Positions 10,442 through 24,722 of a DNA stretch of 56,230 bases are shown in pieces (positions within the stretch are counted from its first letter, which is position 1; every line of letters starts with the position of its first letter). Both the position numbers and the translations under genes were made by a program. The DNA lies in NCBI GenBank assembly GCA_963575745.1, contig CAUYUJ010000102.1, forward strand, positions 62,001-118,230. Direction: 5' to 3'. The notes beneath the pieces were generated by a model. The model was not told the origin of the DNA. It saw only the letters and a program-made list of their open reading frames with translations, and did no database searches. Source of the DNA: Prorocentrum cordatum (taxonomy: Eukaryota).

Positions 10442-10622
10442 GGGAAGGAAGCGACATGATGACCATGACCAAGATTGCGTGCGATCCTGTCGACGCCGAT
10501 CTTGGTCATGGTCCATGCCGGCCGCCGCCGATTCGCGAGGATGACCCACGAATCGTGGACTGACCAAGAGCGACATCGACGTCGCCGCGTTCAGTCTCGG
10601 TCATGGTCGCCGCTTTCTTTCC
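10442..10622. repeat. Nested inverted-repeat (foldback/MITE-like) element just 3' of the FKBP gene
   Basis: GACCATGACCAAGA (10461-10474) is the reverse complement of TCTTGGTCATGGTC (10500-10513) and nearly of TCTCGGTCATGGTC (~10596-10609). In addition, 10490-10518 pairs with ~10554-10580. Confidence 0.65.
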
Positions 10623-11019
10623 GTCTGTCCTCTTTCTCCTCCGCCGCTGGCCCAAGCACGGTCCAGCTTCCACCGTCCTGGGGATGCCGTGGCCCGCCAT
10701 TCTGAGTGCCGATCCGACTTCGGCTGTCCTCGGGGCCCGACGGGCCCCAGGCCCCCAGTGTTCCCCGCTGTCGTCGCTCCGATGGGTGCCGACGCTGATC
10801 AGTCATTCCCGCGCGCGCGCGTCCAAATCCACGGTTTCGGGGTCGCATTCCAGGAGTGGAGGATGCGAATCTTTGCTGGCTCCTGAGGGCGGGACGCTAC
10901 CCACATCCACTTCTCATCGGGGGCCTGGCGCGGCAGTGCAGAGCCGTGGGCTTGGATGCTTCTTGGCTCCCTGGTCCGCCGCTCTGCGGTTGATCGTAAG
11001 TTTTGTTTATTGTTGTTCG

Positions 11020-11153
11020 TGTATGTTTGTTCGTACGTACGTGCGTATGCATGCCTGCATCCATGCATGTAGGTATGCATGTTTGTTTGTTTGTTTGTTT
11101 GCGTGTATGTATGCGTGCATGCATGCATGCAAGTGTGTATCTGTGTGTATGCA

Positions 11154-11194
<41 letters not shown>

Positions 11195-11625
11195 GCATGC
11201 ATGCATGTATGTATGTATGCATGTATGTATGCATGTATGTGTATATGTGGGCATGCATGTATGTAAATATGCATGCATGTATGTATTTATGCATGCATGC
11301 ATGCATGCTTCTGTGTGCATGTATGCATGTATGTACGTATGTATGTATGCATGCATGCATGCATGCATGCATGTATCTATGTATGTATGCATGCATGTAT
11401 CTACGTATGTATGCATGCATCTATGCATGCATGTATGCATGTATGTATGTATGTATGTATGTATGTATGCATGCATGCATGCATGCATGTACGTAGGTGT
11501 GTACGTATGCATGTATGCATCCATGCGTGTATGTATGTATGTATGTATGTATGTATGTATGTATGCATGCATGCATGCATGCATGCATGCATGCATGCAT
11601 GCATGCATGCATGTATGTATGTATG

Positions 11626-11659
<34 letters not shown>

Positions 11660-12235
11660 TGTATGTGCGTATGTGTATGCATGCCGGTATGTACATATGC
11701 ACGCCTCTATGTCTGTCTGCCTGTCTGATTGTATGCATGTAGGTATTTTTGCATGTAAGCAAATATCTATGAATGTATGTAAATGTGTAGGTTTGTATGT
11801 ATCCATGTGTGCATGTATGTATGAGTATATCTATAATCATGTATGTGTTTATGTATGCATGTTTGTTTGTCTCTCTGTCTGCCTGTCTGTCTGCCTGCCT
11901 GCCTACCTGCCTGCCTGCCTGTCTGCCTGTCTGTCTGTACGTCTGTACGTATGTATGCATGCATGCATGCATGCATGTATGTATGTATGTATGTATGTAT
12001 GTATGTATGTATGTATGTATGTAGATATGTATGTATGTGTGTGTATGTATGTATGTATGTGTATGGTATGGTACATATAGGTCTGTGTGTAAAAACATAT
12101 GCACACACACACGTATTTGTATTTTCATCCATACACACACATCAGTATGCCCGCACACACGCACGCACGTTTTATTTACATGTATGTGCACACACACATA
12201 TATATATATATAGATGTACGAGCATATCTCTACAC
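11020..12235 (+). repeat. Compound tetranucleotide microsatellite (ATGC/ATGT/CTGT/CTGC)n
   Basis: Directly visible; source of the spurious MHAC/YVCM ORFs. Confidence 0.95.
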
Positions 12236-12339
12236 ATATTAAGTAGATCCTGGGCCCGGGGCCCCGTGCCGGCCCCTTCCTTGTATTTCGGCGCCCCTTC
12301 TCCCCGGGGGCCTCCCGGGGCGACCCCCGCAGGTTTCAC

Positions 12340-12740
12340 AACGCCCGAGAGTCTTCCAAGACCACCCAAGATAGCTTGCGACTGGCCCCAGATGACACCG
12401 CGACAGCCTCAAGGCGCCCCAAGACGCCCCAAGAGGCCCGCTAAGAGGCCCCTCAAGAGGGCCCCAAGAAGCAAAACCTGTCCCACTCCCTACGGACAAC
12501 GTATATTTTCCGCGTATTTGCCTCTTGGGCTTTCAGAACGTCCACGACGGCCCAAGATGCTCCCAAGACGGCCCAGCAGGCCCCCAGGAAAGCTCAAGGA
12601 CGGCTCAAGAAGGACCCAAGACGGCCCAGGAGGCCCCCAAGATGGCCCAAGAGAGCCCCAGCACAGGCCCAGTAAGGGTCCAAGAGGGGGAAAGCCAAGA
12701 TCACATTTCGAGCCTTGGCCTAGAAAGGCCCCCAGGATGC
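12340..12740 (+). repeat. CCAAGA-rich low-complexity dispersed repeat, opposite in orientation to the TCTTGG-rich copies at ~31210 and ~55350
   Basis: Dense CCCAAGA(G/C)GGCC motifs. Confidence 0.75.
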
Positions 12741-13184
12741 CATCTCGTCGACGCCACTTTGCACACCAGCCCTGAGGCGCAGGGCTGGGTTGGCTTCGTC
12801 TGAACGACCATGCAGCCATTAGGAACCGAGAGGAGGAGGAGGAGAAGGAGGAGGAGGAGGAGGAGGAGGAGGAGGAGGAGGAGGAGGAGGAGGAGGTGGA
12901 CGGTGGAGGGGGACGGTGGAGGGAGGGGGAGGAGGACGAGGCGGGGCGCAGGAGGTCACATTCTTATCACGGATGCCACAAGCTGGCTCGCTCAGTAGCG
13001 CCTGCGGCGCATCATAGGCAGCTGGCCGCCCTCCGATGGGCAGCCATTTCGAAATCAGAACTTGTGCCAGCCAGGTGGGCCACGCGCACCATGTGCGCCA
13101 GGTGCCCGGGGATTGCCAGGCGCGCCTGGCGCGCCGAATTGCCAGATTCACCTTGTACGCCAGGCGCACCAGGTGTGCCGTTTG

Positions 13185-13326
13185 CAGAGGAGAGCGAGTT
13201 GAGACAACGGTAGTTGGCCTCCAGGCGGGCACTTCGTCACCACGGCTGGACGTAGCTCGGAATCTGGTGCGTTTGGGCCCCGGGACCGATTTTTGAGCCG
13301 CCGTTGTCTCAATTCGCCCTGCTCTG
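13185..13326. mobile_element. MITE-like element with 26-bp imperfect TIRs (142 bp)
   Basis: CAGAGGAGAGCGAGTTGAGACAACGG (13185-13210) versus CCGTTGTCTCAATTCGCCCTGCTCTG (13301-13326): 23/26 complementary. Confidence 0.65.
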
Positions 13327-14490
13327 GTACTTCCTCGAATCGCGCACAGTGCGCCAGCTGCGCCAGGTGCACCATTAACTGTGAGAGCACGCATCGGCCA
13401 ACGGTATCCCCACCATCCTGGAGCAGCGCTGGGGGAGGGGGGCCCCGCCCCCCAGCATCCTGCCTGCCCTGCCCGCCGTTGCCCGCCACTGTCCGCCCCT
13501 GCACCCCCCCCCCTGCCCGCCCCAGCCTGCCGCCCCCCACCGCCTGGCGCCCCCCCCCGCGCCCGCGCCCGCGCCGCTCCCAGCGCGCGGCCCCGCCCCG
13601 CCCCGCCGCCGCCGCTCACCCCCCCCGCGCGCGCGGGGGGCGGCGCGGCGCGGCCTCTCGGGGGCCGCATGCGGCGCGGCCTGCGTCGGCGCAGGAGGGG
13701 GCGGGGGGGGCACGGAGGGGAGGCGCGGCCGCGCGCCACGGCTGCGAGGAGCCTGCGGTGCGCCGCACGCCCCGCCCGCGCGGCGCGGCGCCTGCTCCGC
13801 ACGCCGCGCGCCTGCCTGGCACGCCTGCGCCGCGCGAAGGGGCGGGGGGGCGCGGAGGGCGGGGCAGCTGGCGAAGGCTTGCCCTCGAGCCCTCGAGCCC
13901 TCGAGCCTCGGCCACACCGGCGGCAAGGGCCCGGGTCTGTGTATAGGCAGCCCCGGCCCATGTAGGCCTTCGTAGGCCTTCCTAGCCTGCCCGGGCCTAC
14001 CAGAGGCCTACTCCTGGGAGGAATGCGTTCCCTAGGCTTGCCCAGGCCCTGCCTTGGCCGAAGTAGGCCTCCCCTGAGCACGCGTACCCTGGGAGCAAGG
14101 CCTTTCCTAGGCCTCCGAAGGCCATCCCTAGGCCTACCTGGGCCTTCGTGGGCCTTCCCTGGGCCTTACTAGCCTACCTCGGCTTACTCTGGAGGAGAGC
14201 AGCGGGAGGAGGGCGAAGAGCGGCGACACGAGGGGCTCAGGGCCCCCGGGTGCGGCGCCGCTGGCGTCGACGCTGCGGCGCTGGGGCTGGCGCTGGCGCT
14301 GTGCCTCTCGCTCGCGAAGGAGGTCGGCTTCGCAGGCGCCGCTGGACGAGGAGGATCGAGGAGGAGGAGGAGGAGAAGGAGGAGGAGGAGGAGGAGGAGG
14401 AGGAGGAAAGGAGGAGGAGGAGGAGAAGGAGGAGGAGGAGCAGGATAAGAAGGAGGAGGAGGAGGCGGAGGAGGAGGAGGAGGGCGATAC

Positions 14491-14531
<41 letters not shown>

Positions 14532-15032
14532 TTGATGATGATGATGCTGATGGTGATGCTGATGATGATGCTGATGCTGATGCTGATGCTGATGCTGCTG
14601 ATGCTGCTGATGCTGATGCTGATGATGATGCTGATGCTGATGCAGATGCTGAGGCTGATGCTGCTGATGATCATGCCGATGATGCTGCTGCTGATGATGA
14701 TGAGGAGGAGGCGGAGGAGGAGGGAGAGGAGGAGGAGGAGGAAACGGGTGACGAGGAGGACGTTGATGATGATGATGATGATGCTGATGGTGGTGATGGT
14801 GGTGATGATGATTATGATGATGATGCTGATGATGACGATGATTATGATATGATGATGCTGCTGCTGACGATGATGACGATGACGAGCATGATGATGATAG
14901 TGACGATGATGTTGATGATGATGCTGGTGATCGTGGTGGTGGTGGTGATGAAGATGAAGATGAAGATGAAGAAGATGATGCTGCTGATGCTGATGATGAT
15001 TCTGATGATGATGATGCTGATGATGAGGATGG

Positions 15033-15081
<49 letters not shown>

Positions 15082-15663
15082 AATGATGGCGATGAGGATG
15101 ATGATGACGATGATGATGATCATGACGATTATGATGCTGATGATGATGGTGATGCTGACCATGATGCTGATGATAATGATGATGACGATGACGATGATGG
15201 TGTTGCTGCTGATGATGATGATGATGATGCTGATGCTTTTGATGATGATGCTGATGATGTTGATGCTGAGGATGCTGCTGTTGATGATGATGATGGTGAT
15301 GATGATGTTGCTGCTGATGCTCTGGACGATGGTGATGATCATGCTGATGCTCATGATGCTGGTGATGATGAGTTCATGATGATGGTGATGATGATGTTCA
15401 TGATGATGATGCTGATGATGAGGATGGGGATGATGATGATGATGTTGATGCTGCTGCTGATGATAATGATAATGATGATGCTGATGTTGATGATGTTACT
15501 GATGATCATGTTGATGCTGATGATGCTGATTTTGCTGATGATGCTGATGATGATGCGGATGCTGAATGTGATGATGATGATGATGTGATGATGCTGCTGC
15601 TGATTATGATGATGCTGCTGATGATGATGCTGATGATGATTATTATTCTGATTATGATGTCGC

Positions 15664-15711
<48 letters not shown>

Positions 15712-15825
15712 GGATGCTGATGCTGATGCTGCTGCTGCTGATGATGATGATGCTTATGACGAGGCTGATGAGGATGATGATGGTGGTGATGCTGCTGCTG
15801 ATGATGACAATGCTTATGATGATGA

Positions 15826-16740
15826 TCAACGATGTTGGAATGAACCCTCTCTCCAAGCTCCCTCTTCACAGGCCCCTGCAACGGTTCATTTCCACTGAGG
15901 GGACTGCCTCGTTTGAAGACAACCGTTTGAAGACCCTGAAGCATGGCAAAACATTGTTCTCGGGATTCCAGCGCCACGGATCAACCTGACTGTTGCGTCT
16001 TGACTGTCTTGAACCGTGCTGGAACAACACTCCTGGGACTTGAACACCGCGAGTCAGCGTACTTGTTGCACCTTCATAATGCTGAATCCTTCCAACATGC
16101 GATTCCTGGTTTGTTGATCATGAGAACCAGTGAAGCTTTTCAATCTGTAAACGCGAGTGTGGGAAGAGCTAAGGCGAGAGCCACATGTTGAAAAGGAGTC
16201 GCCCTCAATTCGTGAAGCTTTTGCAAACTAACACGAATGGGCGCGGCGCTAAGGCGATAACCACACTTTGGAAACCATCCGCCCTCAATACGCGAAGCTC
16301 TTGCAAACATTTAAAGCGAACGTGTGCGGCGCTAAGGCGAGAGCCACATTTTGAAAAGGGGCCGCCTTCAATGCGTGAGCATCTGGCAAATGTTTAAAAC
16401 GAATGTGCGCGGCGCTGAAGCGAGAGCCACAATTGGGAAACCGCCCGCCCTCAATCCGTGAAGCTCTTGCAAATTGTTAACGCGAATGTGCGCGGCACTA
16501 GGGCGATATCCATATTTTGAAAACGACACGCCCTCAATCCGTGAAGCCCCTTGCACATCTTTAGATAGACTATGCGCAGCGCTAAGGCGAGAGCCACATG
16601 TTGAGAACAACCCGCCCTCCACCTGTGAAGCTGTTGCCAATGTTCCAGCTTCAGGGCCAGTAAGGGTGATGCAGTCTCAGGCGAAACGCCCAGTCCGCCC
16701 TGACAACTTGCCTCGAGGTGCGACAGGGGGACGTTATTGT
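15826..16740 (+). repeat. Dispersed repeat element with internal ~76-80-bp tandem units; second copy at 33354-33888
   Basis: CAACGATGTTGG..AACCCTC.CTCCAAGCTCCCTCTTCA...GAAGACAACCGTTTGAAGAC.CTGAAGCATG is shared. It is followed by units TGTGCG(C)GGCGCTAAGGCGAGAGCCACA..GAAA..CCGCCCTCAATCCGTGAAGC, and both copies end near GTCTCAGGCGAAA. Confidence 0.85.
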
Positions 16741-17929
16741 TAAGGAAAAATGTTAGAGGAGGAGGAGGAGGGGGGACGGAGGAGGAGGAGGAGGAAGAGG
16801 AGGAGGAGGAGGAGGATGAGGAGGAGGAGGAGGAGGCGGAGGAGGAGGAGGATGAGGAGGGAGGAGGAGGAGCAGGAGGAGGAGGAGGAGGAATAGAGGG
16901 GAGGAGGATGAGGAGAAGGAGGAGAAGGAGGGGGTGGAGGCGGAGGAGGAGGAGACGACGAGGAGGAGGGAGGAGGAGAAGGAAGATGAGGGAGGAGGAG
17001 GAGGACGGATGAGGAGGAGGATGAGGGGGAGGAGGAGGGGGAGAACGAGGAGAGAGACGGAGGAGGAGAGGGAGGAGAGAGGAGGAGGAAGAGGAGGAGG
17101 AGAAGGAGGAGAGGAGGAGGAGCAGGAGGAGGATGAGGGCGTATGCTGATGACGATGATGATGGGGAGGCGAAGGGGATGGGGAGGAGGAGGAGGAGGAG
17201 GGAGGAAGGAGGAGGGGGATGAGGAGTAGAAGGATGATGAGGAGAACGAGGAGGAGGAGAAGGAGGAGGAGAGGGAGGAGGAGGAGGAGGAAGAATGAGG
17301 AGGATGATGATGAGGAGGAGGAGAGGAGGAAGGCGTATGGTGACGACGATGATGATGGGGGGAAGGAGGAGGAGGAGGGGAGGAGGAGAGGAGGAGGAGG
17401 AGAGGAGGAGGTTGAGGGGGAGCGGTAGGAGGAGGAGGAGGAGGAGGAGGAGGAGGAGGAGGAGGAGGAGGAGGAGGAGGAGGTGGAGCAGGATGAGGAA
17501 TACGGGGGATGAGGAGGCGGATAATGATGAGGGTGATGACGATGAGGAGGAGGAGGAGGACGAGGCGGGGGAGGCTGCTGCTGCTGCTGATGATGATGCT
17601 GATGCTGATGCTGCTGATGCTGCTGATGATGATGATGATGATGCTGATGCCGATGATGATGCTGATGATGATGATGATGTTGATGATGTTGACGATGACG
17701 ATGTTGATGATGATGATGCTGATGACGATGATGCTGATGCTGCTGATGATGCTGATGCAGCTGATGCTGATGATGACGATGCTGATGATCATGATGATGA
17801 TGATGACGCCGATGGTGATGATGATGCTGCTGCTGATGATGATGATGATGCTGATGCTGATGCTGATGATTATGATGCTGCTGCTGCTGCTGATGATTAT
17901 GATGATGCTGCTGATGATGATGATGATGC

Positions 17930-17979
<50 letters not shown>

Positions 17980-18200
17980 CTGCTGATGATGATGATGATG
18001 ATGCTGATGATGATGATGATGATGCGGACGACTGGGGATGAGGAGGAGGAGGTGGAGGCGGAGGAGGAGGAGGTGGAGGGAGAGGAGGAGGAATCGTAGG
18101 CGAAGTATTCGGAAGAGGAGGAGGATGAGGATGAGGAGGAGACTTTGGAGGAGGAGACGGGTGAGGGGGAGGAGGATGCGGCGGATGATGATGATGATGC

Positions 18201-18238
<38 letters not shown>

Positions 18239-18338
18239 CTGATGATGCTGATGCTGTTGATGATGATGATGATGATGCTGCTGATGATGCTGATGCTGTT
18301 GATGATGATGCTGATGCTGATGAGGATGATGATGAAGC

Positions 18339-18394
<56 letters not shown>

Positions 18395-18480
18395 CTGATG
18401 CTGATTATGATGATGCTGATGATGATGAGGATGCTGTTGCTGCTGCTGCTGATGATGATGATGATGACGACGACGACGAC

Positions 18481-18549
<69 letters not shown>

Positions 18550-19460
18550 AATGATAATGAGAACGATCATGCTGATGATGCTGATGAGGATGCTGATGAT
18601 GATGCTGCTGCTGATCATGATGATGATGATGATGATGAGGATGATGATGCTGATGATGCTGATGATGATGAGGAGGAGGAGGAGGTGGAGGAAGAGGAGG
18701 AGGCGGAAGGGGAGGAGGAGGTGGATGAGGATGATGATGAGGAGGAGGAGGAGGCGGAGGTGGAGGCGGAAGTGGAGGCGGAAGCTGAGGCTGAGGCGGA
18801 TGCGGATGCGGATGCGGAGGCGGGGAAGAGGAGAAGGAGGACGAGGAGGAGGAGACGGCGGATGAGGAGTAGGAGGAGGCGGGCGTATGGTGATGACGAT
18901 GATGATGGGGCGGAGAAGGAGGAGAAGTGGTAGGAGGAGGAAGAGGAGGAGGAAGAGGCGGAGGAGGAGCAGGAGGAGGAGGAGGAGGAGGCGGAGGAGG
19001 AAATGGACGGGGAGGGTGAGGAGGAGGAGTAGGAAGAGGCGCAGGAGGAGGAGGAGCAGGAGGAGAAGGAGGATGAGGATGAGGAGGAGGAGGTGGAGGG
19101 ATGAGGAGAAGGAGGATAATGAGGAGAAGGAGGAGGAGGCGGAGAAGGAGGAAGAGGAGGAGGAGGAAAACGAGGAGAAGGAGGAGGAAGAGGAGGAGGG
19201 GAGGATGATGATGCTGTTGCTGCTGATGATGATGATGATGACGAGGAGGAGGAGAAGGAGGAGGATGAGGAGGTGGAGGGGGAGGAAGAGGATGAGGAAG
19301 ACGAGGAGAAGGATTAGGAATGGGATGAGGATGAGGAGGAGGAGGATAACGAGGAGGAGGAGGAGACGGATGCTGATGCTTATGATAATGCTGATGATGA
19401 TTATTCTGATGATGCTGATGATGATGATGCTGATGATGATGATGATGATGCTGATGCTGC

Positions 19461-19501
<41 letters not shown>

Positions 19502-19811
19502 CTGAGGATGAGGAGGAGGAGGAGGAGGACGAGGAGGAGGACGGGGACGGGGGCGAGGATCGAGCAACATCTCGAGCAGGAGTTTTGCCATATATTTAGG
19601 CCTGTGGGGGTCTGCTTTAGGGCCCTGGCGGCCGTCACAGGCCGATCCAGGTTGAACAACTGGCCAGGATTGACTCCAGGAGGGGGTCCGAGGAGATCAG
19701 TTCTGAATCGATTCAGATGCAGAGATGGAGACGAAGCATGAGCTGAGGTGACGGAGGAGGATGTGAGAGAGGGATGGGGAGTGAGAGTGAGAAGGAGAGA
19801 GAACAAACGAA

Positions 19812-19843
<32 letters not shown>

Positions 19844-19887
19844 CGGGAGTGAGAGAGAGGGGGATAAAGACAGAGAGACAGAGATGT

Positions 19888-19922
<35 letters not shown>

Positions 19923-20284
19923 CATAACGAGTGTGTGAGAGGGAGAGAGGGAGAGGAGGGATGATGCAGGCATGTTCATATCTATATGTATATACAGATA
20001 TGATGATGATGACGGTGGTGCTTGTGATGGTGATGACAACGATGATGATGATGCTGCTGATGATGCTGCTGATGATGATGCTGATGATGATGACAATGGC
20101 AACGATTACGATAATGATGCATGCTGGTGGTATTGATAATGACGACGTTTGACGATTATTAAGATGGCGGTAGTGTCGACGACGACAACATCGACGACGG
20201 AGACGACGACGATGACGATGAGGATGATGATGCTGATGATGATAATGCTGCTGATGATGATGAGGATGGTGATGATGATGATGC

Positions 20285-20328
<44 letters not shown>

Positions 20329-20375
20329 GTGATGCTGATGCTGATGATGATCATGATGCTGATGTTGATGCTGAT

Positions 20376-20406
<31 letters not shown>

Positions 20407-21003
20407 CTGCTGATTATTATGGTGTGGGGAGGGGGATAAGGATGAGGATGAATATGATGATGATGAGGAGGAGGAGGAGGATAAGGATGAAGAGGAGGTT
20501 GACGATGTAGCTAAGTGAGAGGTGGGAGGCGAGGGATGACCGGGAGGAGGAGGAGGCGACGGGGGAGGAGGAAGAGGAGGAAGGGTGGAAGAGGATGAGG
20601 ATGATGAGGAGGATGAGGAGAAAGTAGGAAGAGGGCGGAAGATGGACGAGCACATGGAGTCGCGGAGGAGCAGGGGCAGGGGCAACCCCGTGGACGGAGT
20701 TCGCGCAGCTACTCTTACAGAGTGGCTCTCTCCATCGGTAGCCTCTCGGCCCCCCAACTGGGCTTGGCTGTGCCCTTGAATGGTCTCTCTCTCTCTCTCT
20801 CTCCTTTTTATATCTCTCTCTCTCTCTTACTTTCCCTCTCTCTCTCTCTCCCTCTTGCTGTCTTTCCCCCCTCTCCTCCCCCTCTCCCCCCCGCTTGGAG
20901 GGGGAGGAGGACGAGGAGGGGAAGGAAGATGAAGAGGAGGAGGAGGAGGAAGCGGAAAGGGAATAGACAATATGGCGAGGAGGAGGATGCTGGTTATGAC
21001 GGC

Positions 21004-21034
<31 letters not shown>

Positions 21035-21080
21035 CTGATGATGATGATGCTGATTATGATGATGATGATGATGCTGATGC

Positions 21081-21112
<32 letters not shown>

Positions 21113-21879
21113 GCGACGATGCTGCTGCTGATGATAATGCTGATGATAGTGGTAGGGATGATAATGACGATCTTGGGGATGCCGATTCTGATGCTGGTGC
21201 TGCTGATGACGATTCTGATGCTGCTGGTTATGGTACAACGACGATGACGATCACGATGCCGACGGCGACGACGAAGACGACGACGACGAGGACGGTATGA
21301 TGATGATGAGGATTCTGATGCGGATCATGAGGATGATGATGGTGATGATGATGGTGCTGCTGTTTCTGCTGCTGCTGACGGCGACGGAGATGATGACGAT
21401 GATGCTGATGATGATGATGATGATGATGATGATGAGGTTGATGATGATGATATGAGGATGGGGATGTCGATGACGATGACGATTCTGACGATGATGATGA
21501 TGATGTTGATGCCGATGATGATGACGACGATGACGATGATGATGATGAGGATTCTGATGAGGTTGATCAAGATGGTGATGTTAATGATGATGCTGCTGCT
21601 GCTGTTTCTGATGCTGCTGACGGCGACGACGATGACAACGATGAGGATGATGACGATGAGGCTGATGATAATGATGATGACGATTTCGATGACGATGGCG
21701 ATGATGGCGATGATGATAAGGATGCTGATGATGATGCTGATGATGATGCTTATGGTGATGCTGCTGATCATGATGATGCTGATGCTGCTGCTGATGGTGC
21801 TGCTGCTGATGATGATGATGATGATGATGCGGGTGATGCTGATTCTGATGATGATGACGACGCTGGTGCTGATGATGAT

Positions 21880-22076
21880 GACGACAGTGATGCTGATGAT
21901 GCTGTTGCTGATGATGATGCTGCTGATGATGATGATGCTGATGCTGATGCTGATGCTGATGATGATGCTGCTGATGACGCTGATGATGGTGCTGATGCTG
22001 ATGCGATGGTAAGTGTGGTGTCGATGATGACGATGATGATGCTGATGATGATGGTTATTCTATTTATGCTGCTGAC

Positions 22077-22120
<44 letters not shown>

Positions 22121-23006
22121 CGATGACGATGACGATGTTGATGATGACGATGGGAAGGTTGATAATACTGATGATGACGATGATGCTGATGATGCTGATA
22201 CTGACGATGATTATGATGATGCTGATGCTTGAGATGATGACGATGATGATGATGCTTCTGCTGCTGCTGATGATGATTATACTGATGATGATGATGCTGA
22301 TGATGATGATGAGGATGATGATGATGATGATGATGATGCTGATGCTGATTATGATGATGACGATTGCGACTGTGATGGTAATGCTGATGCTGATGAAGAT
22401 GATGATCATGGTGATGTTGACGATTCTGATTATTATGATGATGATGGAAAAGATGCTGATGATGATGCTGATGATGCTGATGCTGCTGCTGCTGACGATG
22501 ATGCTGATTATGAGGACGATCCTGCTGATGATGATGGTGATGATGAAGATGATGATGTTGATGCTAATGATGATGATGATGATGACGATGATGATGCTGA
22601 TGCTAGCACTGATGATGATGAGGCTGATGATGCTGATGATGCTGATGCCGACGCTGATGCTGCTGATGATGATGATGCTGATGCTGATGATGATGCTGAG
22701 GCTGAGGCTGATGATGATGCTGATGATGCTGCGGATGATTATGCTGATGATGCTGGCGGTGATGATGATGCTGCTGATGATGCCGACGATGCTGATGATG
22801 CTGACGATGATTCTGATGATGATAAGGATGATGCTGATGATGCTGACGATGATGATGAAGCTGCTGAGGCTGTGGTTGACGATTATGATGACGATGTTGA
22901 TGATGGTGCTGCTGCTGCTGATGCTGATGATGATGGTGCTGCTGATGATGATGATGATGATGCTGATGATGATGATTCTGATGATGATGGTGATGGTTAT
23001 GATGAC

Positions 23007-23052
<46 letters not shown>

Positions 23053-23201
23053 TTGATGATGATAATGATGATGAGGATGATGATGACTGTGATGCTGCTG
23101 ATGATGATTATTATGCTGCTGCTGATGATGCTGATGATGATGATGATTATGATGAGGATGCGGATGATGATGCTGAGGATGATGCTGATGATGTTTATGA
23201 C

Positions 23202-23262
<61 letters not shown>

Positions 23263-23557
23263 CTGGTAATGATGATGCTGGTGATGATTATACTGAGGAT
23301 GCTGATGATGATGCTGATGATGATGATGATGATGATGCTGATGCTGCTGCTGATGATGATGATGACAGTGATGCTGATGATGCTGTTGCTGATGATGATG
23401 CTGCTGATGATGATGATGCTGATGCTGATGCTGATGCTGATGATGATGCTGCTGATGACGCTGATGATGGTGCTGATGCTGATGCGATGGTAAGTGTGGT
23501 GTCGATGATGACGATGATGATGCTGATGATGATGGTTATTCTATTTATGCTGCTGAC

Positions 23558-23592
<35 letters not shown>

Positions 23593-24481
23593 CGATGACG
23601 ATGACGATGTTGATGATGACGATGGGAAGGTTGATAATACTGATGATGACGATGATGCTGATGATGCTGATACTGACGATGATTATGATGATGCTGATGC
23701 TTGAGATGATGACGATGATGATGATGCTTCTGCTGCTGCTGATGATGATTATACTGATGATGATGATGCTGATGATGATGATGAGGATGATGATGATGAT
23801 GATGATGATGCTGATGCTGATTATGATGATGACGATTGCGACTGTGATGGTAATGCTGATGCTGATGAAGATGATGATCATGGTGATGTTGACGATTCTG
23901 ATTATTATGATGATGATGGAAAAGATGCTGATGATGATGCTGATGATGCTGATGCTGCTGCTGCTGACGATGATGCTGATTATGAGGACGATCCTGCTGA
24001 TGATGATGGTGATGATGAAGATGATGATGTTGATGCTAATGATGATGATGATGATGACGATGATGATGCTGATGCTAGCACTGATGATGATGAGGCTGAT
24101 GATGCTGATGATGCTGATGCCGACGCTGATGCTGCTGATGATGATGATGCTGATGCTGATGATGATGCTGAGGCTGAGGCTGATGATGATGCTGATGATG
24201 CTGCGGATGATTATGCTGATGATGCTGGCGGTGATGATGATGCTGCTGATGATGCCGACGATGCTGATGATGCTGACGATGATTCTGATGATGATAAGGA
24301 TGATGCTGATGATGCTGACGATGATGATGAAGCTGCTGAGGCTGTGGTTGACGATTATGATGACGATGTTGATGATGGTGCTGCTGCTGCTGATGCTGAT
24401 GATGATGGTGCTGCTGATGATGATGATGATGATGATGCTGATGATGATGATTCTGCTGATGATGGTGATGGTTATGATGAC

Positions 24482-24515
<34 letters not shown>

Positions 24516-24664
24516 TTGATGATGATAATGATGATGAGGATGATGATGACTGTGATGCTGCTGATGATGATTATTATGCTGCTGCTGATGATGCTGATGA
24601 TGATGATGATTATGATGAGGATGCGGATGATGATGCTGAGGATGATGCTGATGATGTTTATGAC

Positions 24665-24722
<58 letters not shown>

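Noticed and set aside
10799..12213. Cys/His-rich ORFs (MHAC/YVCM repeats), also at 37157-37790
   Set aside because: Tetranucleotide and dinucleotide microsatellite translations, not metal-binding proteins.
13040..13060. GCAGCCATTTCGAAATCAG as a relict dinoflagellate spliced leader
   Set aside because: Only the AGCCATTT core matches and no credible CDS follows.
16140..16640. Regularly spaced ~76-80-bp units as a CRISPR-like array
   Set aside because: The whole unit is homologous between copies, so there are no unique spacers.
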